Shown: positions 36,708-44,900 of the stretch, one piece after another
Layout: every line of letters begins with the position of its first letter
How positions within the stretch are numbered: the stretch's first letter is position 1
Source of the DNA: Batkoa obscura
Lineage: Eukaryota
DNA: 44,900 nt
Direction of reading: 5' to 3'
Assembly: GCA_030770535.1 (NCBI GenBank)
Contig: JASVEC010000002.1
Span: 2,356,001-2,400,900 of the forward strand
The notes under the pieces: model-generated
What the model was told of the DNA's origin: nothing
What the model saw: only the letters and a program-made list of their open reading frames with translations
Databases searched by the model: none
Made by a program: the position numbers and the translations under genes

Positions 36708-39700
36708 ATGGCCGAAGAGTTAATCCAACGTTATATACTATCTTTTGATTCAAACCGAGACGATACTGAAGTTATATTGAAAGAGATTATAAATGGTATG
36801 ATACATTTCGAAAGCTAAATGATTATTAACAAATTTTAAGAATTTTCTAATACAACTCTAACTTTTTCTGGTTTTATTAAGTATTTGCAAGAATATCTGA
36901 TAAGTGAGGACTCGAATTTAAGGTCAAAAGGTATATATCATAACGTTTACTAGAAAATCATTCTAAATATTTATACAGGTATATCTTTGCTTTCGGACAT
37001 TTTAAAAAACATTGATGATGATTTGATCACATTAAACGAAGGTATTGTTTATTTAGTTTAAAGATGATAATTTAACTGTGTTTCAGTTCAGGCTTTTAAC
37101 CAGTTTTTCATTCAGCGTTTTCAGGATAAATATTGTATAACTGAAATACTTAAAGGAGTATCAAGCTTACAAAAGCTTAAATCTAAGTTTGGTTATAATG
37201 AAGCCTACGATTTGTTAAAAAAGTATATTTTGTTATTGATAAGCAATTGTATATTAATTATTTTAGCCTTTTTAAATACATTCATGTTCAAGAGTTAAAC
37301 CAAAGTTTAAGATTGGAATGTTTTTATATTTTAGATAGAGTTATTAAGGATTTTCCAACGAGTACTTCGATTTTATTAATATTAGTTATAAAATTAATTC
37401 CCTTATTTAGTTCCCAATTCAATGCAAGATGAATTTTTTAAAGGATTAATTGAAGCAGTTGATGGAGAAAAAGATCCAAGAAACTTAATTATAGTATTTA
37501 ATTTAGTAAAACATGTTATTACGAATTATAATATTGGAAAATTCTCGAAAGTAAGCTTAAAATTTTACTATGGATATTGTCATTTAAATATATGTAGGAC
37601 TTCTTTGATATAACATTTTGTTATTTTCCTATAACTTTTAAAGCTCCTAAAGATGATCCATTTAGTATTTCACCAATTACTTTAAAAGAAGAATTAAGGT
37701 AATATTACCATATTTTATTATATAACATTTATATTATTTTAAAGACAAATTTTATCCGCAACGTTTTATTTTGATGAATTTGCTTTGCCTTCGATTTTGG
37801 ATAAATTATCTTCGAGTTCACCAAATGCAAAGGTAACAACTTTTACTTTGTATTTAGAAATTTAAAATTTTTGTAAATTAGAAAGATTCTTTAAATCTAC
37901 TTTTGTCAGCCTTGCCTGTTTATCGTTTAAATAGTATCTTGAATAATGTTACATCACTTGTTAAGAATCTTTTAGAAGAAGTAAGATTTTAGTTTAATTT
38001 ATTAGTTTATTATTAGAACACTATTTAGATATACCATCCAATTGATGAAGACATTCAAAATCTTTCGTTGAAAGTAGTTCAAGAACTTTTCATTAACATT
38101 TATAAAAAAGATCCTAAATTTATGAACAACTTGAAAGTTCAAGATTCAATTACTTTATATTTGAATGAAGTCAAAGTCAATTTAAAAAGTGATGATGTAA
38201 AAATAATCAACTCAACTGGGTTAGCTATAAAAGCTATTTCAGAATCAAACAGTAATATATTCCAAATTTCATTATTCAATACTAATTAGTTTTTAGGTGA
38301 AATATGCTTTTATTTTGGAAAGATATTGCTACATTTAATAATAGATTTTTACAAAAAGGCAGAGTTAGTTACCAAGCGAAAGGCATTGGTTGAATGTATA
38401 GTTAATTTACTTGAGTCTTATAAATCTGTATTGATTAATCCAACTTTACTTTCAAGTAAGACATTTTCTGATTGCTTTATTGTTATTAATTACTTATAGA
38501 ATTACCAAATAATGATGCTATCTTTTACTGTAAAGATGTTCTTTTACAAGAATTTTCAAAAACATTGTCAACAAAAGGAGAATTTGTTGGAATACAAAAA
38601 AATTCAATCAAGGGTTTAATTGAATGTATTATAATACCCGACCTTTTGTCAATCGAAGAGGTAATCTATTTTAACTTAAAACCATTTATTGTCTTTATTT
38701 AAATATGCTTTAGAAGCAATATTATACTCAAATAATAGTATCCTATTTATTAAGCATTGAAGATGAAATGATAAAGTAAGATAGCTTTGAATCTTAAAGA
38801 AATTATTTATTTTTACATAACTAGGGACGAAATATTAGAATATTTAATGGAGCTTAATAAAGCACTACCAGAAGTGGTATTGAATGTTGTACTTCCTATG
38901 TTATTTTCTCACTTTCCAAGTAAATCATTAATTTGTCTTTAATAGTCATTTTTAAACCTTTACTTTGTTTTAGAATCAAGCCAAGATTTAAAAATGATTC
39001 CAGTAGATAAGTTTCGTTCCAATTTATCTTCCCTTATTAAATTATCGAGTGAACCTTCAGCATTTAATGTAATTGTTAAGGAAATTTTTTATGTTATAGA
39101 TATAATTGGAAAAGGTAATTGATTTAGTATGAGCTATTTTAATCAGGTTTAACTTTTATTAAAGAGGAGAACATATTATATGTGGATTATTTGGTTAAAG
39201 CACTTGAGATACTTTTAAATATTTTAGAAGCATGTGATATTTCTACTACGATTAATGGAGATTTAATGGTATTGCTCAATGGTGTTATAGTTCCAATTAT
39301 CTATAAATGTTTATCCTTTTCTTTATCTATGCAAGCACCAATAATTTGTCATCCTACAGCTGTTAATATTATAAAGCATATTTTAATAGTAACTATTCGT
39401 ATTTTGAATATTCCGCTTCAGCAACAAATATTGAATGAAAGTTATAAACTTTATTTTAATGTAAAAGATAAAGGATTGTTCTTTGGAGACAACACTTCAA
39501 GTGAATTTGCCAACTTTAATCCATTTACTGTAACTTTTGTTTATTATAAATTTTCACAGCTAACCCATTAATTTTAGAACCCTGGAACGCCATCTCAAAC
39601 TATTTTATGTAGCTTATTCTTATCTATTTTAATTGCTTGCCATAAAGAGGTAATATTTTAATAACATATATATATTTACTCAATGGCATTATTATTAGGT

Positions 39701-40899
39701 TTTAAATTGGTCAATAACAACAGAAAGTTTATTACTTGATTTACTAGAACTTTCTTTTTCAAGCAAAGATTATACACAATTCCACTCTTGTTGCCAAATC
39801 ATATCAATAATTCTTAACAAAAGATTTAAAGGTAAGTATTTTATTTTTATTATTGTAACTAGAAATTAAATTTATTAGATGATAAGCTTTCAGAATTTGT
39901 TAAGGAGAATTTTGTTAATAAAATTACTTTTGAATTAAGAAATAAGTCGAATGATATAAATAAGCGTAAGATATCACTTGAATTAATATTATGGGTACTT
40001 TGAAATATTTATTGCATATGATCTTTATTAACTATCAAATTACAAGGGATGTAAAGCTTTAATAATTCAAAGTGAAAAATTTGGCTTTGAACTTTTAGAA
40101 TTACTCGTTCAATTCCTAGATGATAATGACCTTGGTAGTAACGTTTCAGAAGCAATCGACCAAATTTTTGAAGAGGATAAATGGTTTTTTGCAAAACAAA
40201 ATCACTCAATAATTAAACTCTTATATAAGCAAAGAAGTTTTTCCTTGCTTTTACCAAAACTTACAAAGGGATTTTTAGAAGCTAATTCTGAAGGTATGTA
40301 ATATAATCTAAATTTTTAAATTTTAATTATCTATTTTGCAGAAATTAAGCATAACTTCTTAATTGCTATATCTTCGCTTTTAATCCATATACCTAAACAA
40401 ATTTTGTTACGTGATGGTGTTACTGTATGTTTTGTTTTTCTATGCTTCTCACTCATACTAATCTTTATATAGCTCTTGCCTCTTTTGCTTTCTGCATTAG
40501 ATCATTTTATTCCTCAAATTCAAATTTCTACGTTAAAGACTTTAACATTAATATTACAAGAGTCCAATGCTTTAATTATAGAAATTTATTCAACTCTTTT
40601 ACCCAAATTATTGTTGCTTGTACTTCCATATCATCCTATCAAGAATGATAAAAGTATTCCAATCCAAGTTAGAATTGAAGCAATAAATTGTTTAGGTGAG
40701 TTTCCTCATCATTTGCCAGCAGAGCTTTTATTACCTTCCCAATTTGAAGTAACGAAGGCTTTAATTCCGGCTTTAGATGATCCAAAAAGAATTGTTCGAG
40801 TTAAAGTTGTTCGTTGTAGAAATAGATGGTAATTATTCATTTTTAATTATAAAACACATATTAAGTATATTTAGGTTATCTTTCTCAGCTAAAGCATAG
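36708..40899 (+). CDS. MMS19: MMS19/MET18 HEAT-repeat CIA targeting complex subunit, many introns
   Basis: DGEKDPRNL, FCYFPITFKAPKDDP, LYKQR, LPLLLSAL, LDDPKRIVR..RNRW. Confidence 0.92.
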
Positions 40900-41718
40900 T
40901 ATTATCTTTATTTTCATCATAAGCATTAAAGTAATCTTTAGTTATATTCGTTTTTATAGTTCTGAATTAAATTTATAATAATTTTTCATTTTATATAAAT
41001 GGTTTTTTTCAAGATAATTAAATGGATTTAATAGTTAAAAATCAGAATTTTTGAAAACAATAGCGTACAAACTAATCATTTGATCTTTATAATCATTTGA
41101 TCCAAAATTTTATCTGTACTTGGACTAATAAAGAATAACAATAACAAAATGATAAAATTGAAAGTGCTTATTAATAAAAATAAAGCTATAAAATGGGGTT
41201 AGTTAATAAACATGCTTTAGCATAACGCCCAATACTCACACTTTTTACAACTTGATTTTTTCTTTTATAGCTTGTTTTTAAAATCCTCGACTTTGCTTAC
41301 ATCTTGTTGCTTTTGATTATTCATGTACATTTTTTTAAAAGATCATGACCATCTTTCTGAATCAGCTTCGTTAGTGTATGGCAATGGCTATTTAACATAT
41401 CATTAGTATCAAGTTGGGCAACTTTATTTTCCATAATAATAAATGTATAAATTTTCTTGCTACTTTTTTATTTGATTTGTTGCTTTCTGTAATAAAAATA
41501 GCATAGTTTTAAACCTATCTAATGTTAGCTTTTTAATACAATTTATTATTTAGATCGTATTAGTTGGTATCTTTAGTATTTGAACTAAAAGTATATCTAT
41601 TATTTTTTTAAGTCTAGCTATTATATTAGCCTCGAAGTTTAATTTTGCTATTACAGTATTAAAACTGGAAAATAAAGCGTGACTTTTCTAGCCCCAGCTT
41701 TAATATTAAAAAATGTAT

Positions 41719-41921
41719 GGGGATGTTTTTTTTGGTTTTGTTACTTTTTCCATCTTTTAAGCATTATTTAAGCGAAAAATTTATTAGTAAAATCCTTAAA
41801 CACAAAAAAACATCTCCATATGGAGATGTTTTTTTTTGACTTCATTACTTTTTCCATTTTTTAGGCGCTATTTAAGTGGAAAAATTGTTAGTAAAACTCT
41901 TAAATATAAAAATACATCCCC
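41719..41921 (+). mobile_element. Tandem pair of MITE copies (41719-41817, 41822-41921) sharing ATAT
   Basis: Two consensus copies head-to-tail. Confidence 0.9.
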
Positions 41922-41969
41922 ATACATTATAAATTTTATTAAAAATATCAAGAAAATATTCTTTAGCTA

Positions 41970-42433
41970 TGTGAAATCTGGTACTCAGGGTTTGGAGTCA
42001 AGAACAGCTATTGCTGGGTTGACTACACTATAAGTCGAAAGGTCTTAGTTTATGTGACTAAGATAGACTTGGATTATGAGGAATAGCACGTAATAGGTTA
42101 CAAGCTATATAAGACAAATAAAATAGACAATACTAATGTAGAATCTATGTAAAATACTATTAAGAAAACTTAGTGGCTTTATTAAATGTTCGAGATATCA
42201 GGGAATAATTCAGTCAAAAAGTCTCGAACTACTATACTCTGAAAACTCTTTTATACTCTGAAAAGTATAAATATCAAAATGAGAGGATAATATTCTTTGG
42301 GATGGAGCTAGAAATTCTCATAACAAATCAAAATAAGAACATGGGATTGATTTTCTCTGAGCTTGAGAACACAATAACTTAGGCGATTATTATGTTATAA
42401 TTAACCATGGGACTGACAAAGCGATATTTCACG
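41970..42433 (+). mobile_element. ~464-bp TGTGAAAT..ATTTCAC(A/G) element (solo LTR-like), TSD GCTA
   Basis: Short inverted termini, GCTA on both sides, homologous to 42700-43512. Confidence 0.75.
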
Positions 42434-42562
42434 GCTATATAAGTTATAACCATTGTGCTTTTATTTTATATTTTATATTTGTTGTAATATTTTAGTAGTA
42501 TAAAGCAACTAATGGATAGTAATTATAAAATATAAAAGGTGGAAAAATATATAGTGTTATAT

Positions 42563-42655
42563 GAAGATGTGTTTTTTAAGAATTTTACTAACAATCTTTG
42601 CAGTCAAATAGCGCTTAAAAATGAAAAAAGTAATGAAATCAAAAAACACACCCCC
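42563..42655 (-). mobile_element. MITE copy
   Basis: Consensus match, ATAT flanks. Confidence 0.85.
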
Positions 42656-42699
42656 ATATGATTTTTTTACAGTACAAATTAAAACTAATTAAAACATAG

Positions 42700-43482
42700 T
42701 GTGAAATATCGCTTTGTCAGCTCCATGGTTAATTATAGCATAATAACCATTTAGGATGTTGTGTTTCCGAGTTCAGAGACAACCAATCCTACGCTTTTGG
42801 TTTGATTTGGTATGAAAATTTCTAGCTTCATCCCAAAGAATATTATTTTCTCATTCTGATATTTGTATTTGTCATAGTATAAAAGAGATTTTAGAGTATA
42901 ATAACTCAAGGCTTTTTAACTGAATTATTCCCTGATATCTCGTACATTTAACAAACCCACTGTGACTAAGATAGACTTGGGTTATGAGGAATAGCACGTA
43001 ATAGGTTACAAGCTATATAAGACAAATAAAATAGACAATACTAATGTAAAATCTATATAAAATACTATTAAGAAAACTTAGTGGCTTTATTAAATGTTCG
43101 AGATATCAGGGATTAATTCAGTTAAAAAGCCTCGAACTATTATACTCTAAAATCTCTTTTATACTATGACAAATACAAATATCAGAATGAGAAAATAATA
43201 TTCTTTTGGGTGGAACTAGAAATTCTCATAACAAATCAAAATAATTAACCATGGGACTGACAAAGCGATATTTCACACCACTAAGTTTTCTTAACAGCAT
43301 TTTACGTAACTTTACATTAGTACTGTCTATTCTATTTGTTTTACATAGTCCGTAGCCTATTACGTGCTACTGTTCATAGCTCAAATCTATCTTAGTCATA
43401 CAAACTAAGACATTTCAAGTTATGGCTAGTCAATCAAGCAATAGTTGTTTTTGACTCTAATCACTGAATACTATGTTTCACA
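42700..43482 (-). mobile_element. Inverted copy of the solo LTR-like element, interrupted by a nested copy
   Basis: 42700-42960 and 43278-43482 together reverse-complement 41970-42433. Confidence 0.75.
42961..43277 (+). mobile_element. Internally deleted copy of the same element nested in the inverted copy, TSD CCAC
   Basis: CCAC|TGTGA...TTTCACA|CCAC; closely matches 42053-42432. Confidence 0.8.
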
Positions 43483-43578
43483 ATTATAGAGCTGACAAAG
43501 CGATATTTCGCATAGTATTATTTTACAGGTAATCTAGTTGGCTTTAGATAATTTTATTATTAAAAGTTGTTTTCATAT

Positions 43579-43676
43579 GGGGCTGTTTTTTTTGGTTTCA
43601 TTACTTTTTCCATTTTTCAAGCGCTATTTGAGTGGAAAGATTGTAGCAAAATTCTTAAACATAAAAATATATCCCC
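43579..43676 (+). mobile_element. MITE copy
   Basis: Consensus match, ATAT flanks. Confidence 0.9.
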
Positions 43677-43761
43677 ATATTTTGATGTCTATATTTAGCA
43701 ATTGTAACAAAAAGTAGTCGTTATTGTATTTTATATATATACTCATTTAACTAAAACATAA

Positions 43762-43860
43762 GGGGATGTATTTTTGTGTTTAAGAGTTTTACTAACAAAT
43801 TTTCCGCTTAAATGGTGCTTAAAAAATAGAAGAAATAACGAAATCAGAAAAAACACTCCT
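43762..43860 (-). mobile_element. MITE copy with ATAA TSD
   Basis: ATAA on both flanks. Confidence 0.88.
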
Positions 43861-44007
43861 ATAATTTGTTTTTATACAATAATTTAAAGCTTTCTAATCA
43901 AATTGTTTTTAATATTATATTCAATAAAATTATTAATTTTTATAGTATTTTATGTAAGTTTTATAATAGTATTTTTTTTATTTTGTATAATTTATAATTT
44001 ATTATAT

Positions 44008-44205
44008 GGAGATGCTCTTTTTGGGTTCATTACTTTTCCATCTTTTAAGCATTATTTGAATGGAAAAACTATCAGTAAAATTTTTAAACAAAAAATATAT
44101 CGCGATATGGGGTGTCTTTTTTGACTTCATTACTTTTTCCATTTTTAAGCGCTATTTGAGCGGAAAAATTGTTAGTAAAATTGTTAAACACAAAAATACA
44201 TCCCC
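44008..44205 (+). mobile_element. Tandem pair of MITE copies (44008-44104, 44109-44205)
   Basis: Two consensus copies separated by ATAT. Confidence 0.88.
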
Positions 44206-44272
44206 TTATTATTTAATAAGTTAACATAATAAAGAATAAAGAATAATGCCAAATATAAAATAAATATAAAAT

Positions 44273-44900
44273 TTAGGGTTAGGGTTAGGGTTAGGGTTAG
44301 GGTTAGGGTTAGGGTTAGGGTTAGGGTTAGGGTTAGGGTTAGGGTTAGGGTTAGGGTTAGGGTTAGGGTTAGGGTTAGGGTTAGGGTTAGGGTTAGGGTT
44401 AGGGTTAGGGTTAGGGTTAGGGTTAGGGTTAGGGTTAGGGTTAGGGTTAGGGTTAGGGTTAGGGTTAGGGTTAGGGTTAGGGTTAGGGTTAGGGTTAGGG
44501 TTAGGGTTAGGGTTAGGGTTAGGGTTAGGGTTAGGGTTAGGGTTAGGGTTAGGGTTAGGGTTAGGGTTAGGGTTAGGGTTAGGGTTAGGGTTAGGGTTAG
44601 GGTTAGGGTTAGGGTTAGGGTTAGGGTTAGGGTTAGGGTTAGGGTTAGGGTTAGGGTTAGGGTTAGGGTTAGGGTTAGGGTTAGGGTTAGGGTTAGGGTT
44701 AGGGTTAGGGTTAGGGTTAGGGTTAGGGTTAGGGTTAGGGTTAGGGTTAGGGTTAGGGTTAGGGTTAGGGTTAGGGTTAGGGTTAGGGTTAGGGTTAGGG
44801 TTAGGGTTAGGGTTAGGGTTAGGGTTAGGGTTAGGGTTAGGGTTAGGGTTAGGGTTAGGGTTAGGGTTAGGGTTAGGGTTAGGGTTAGGGTTAGGGTTAG
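44273..44900 (+). repeat. Telomeric (TTAGGG)n tract
   Basis: About 104 uninterrupted TTAGGG units, G-rich strand running to the window end. Confidence 0.98.

Noticed and set aside
41719..44205. Clustered repeats as a CRISPR-like array
   Set aside because: Units are ~100-bp TIR elements in mixed orientation with irregular spacing, in eukaryotic DNA with no cas genes

Overview
Very AT-rich eukaryotic chromosome end. The short (~45-55 nt) GT-AG introns and gene content point to an early-diverging fungus, probably Zoopagomycota/Entomophthoromycotina-like (inference). The window ends in a pure (TTAGGG)n telomere at 44273-44900. Genes: AA11-like LPMO with a Cys-rich C-terminal module, PX-BAR sorting nexin, intronless patatin, sphingosine-1-phosphate lyase, NAD methylene-THF dehydrogenase, three paralogous signal-peptide cyclophilins, LSM2, GCLM, WNK kinase, COX14-like, Sds3-family, mitochondrial uL24 and MMS19. 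Items absent from the ORF track: (1) a dead ~2.45 kb Sola-like DDD transposon (1272-3724) with TIRs and ATAT target duplication, plus about 22 copies of a ~100 bp MITE that shares its ends and TSD, one of them inserted inside the transposase; (2) an intron-embedded box C/D snoRNA whose guide points at SSU rRNA G562 (yeast numbering); (3) a 46-aa putative secreted peptide gene; (4) a start codon split by an intron; (5) nested TG..CA solo-LTR-like elements forming a subtelomeric palindrome. All calls are by eye, with no database searches.
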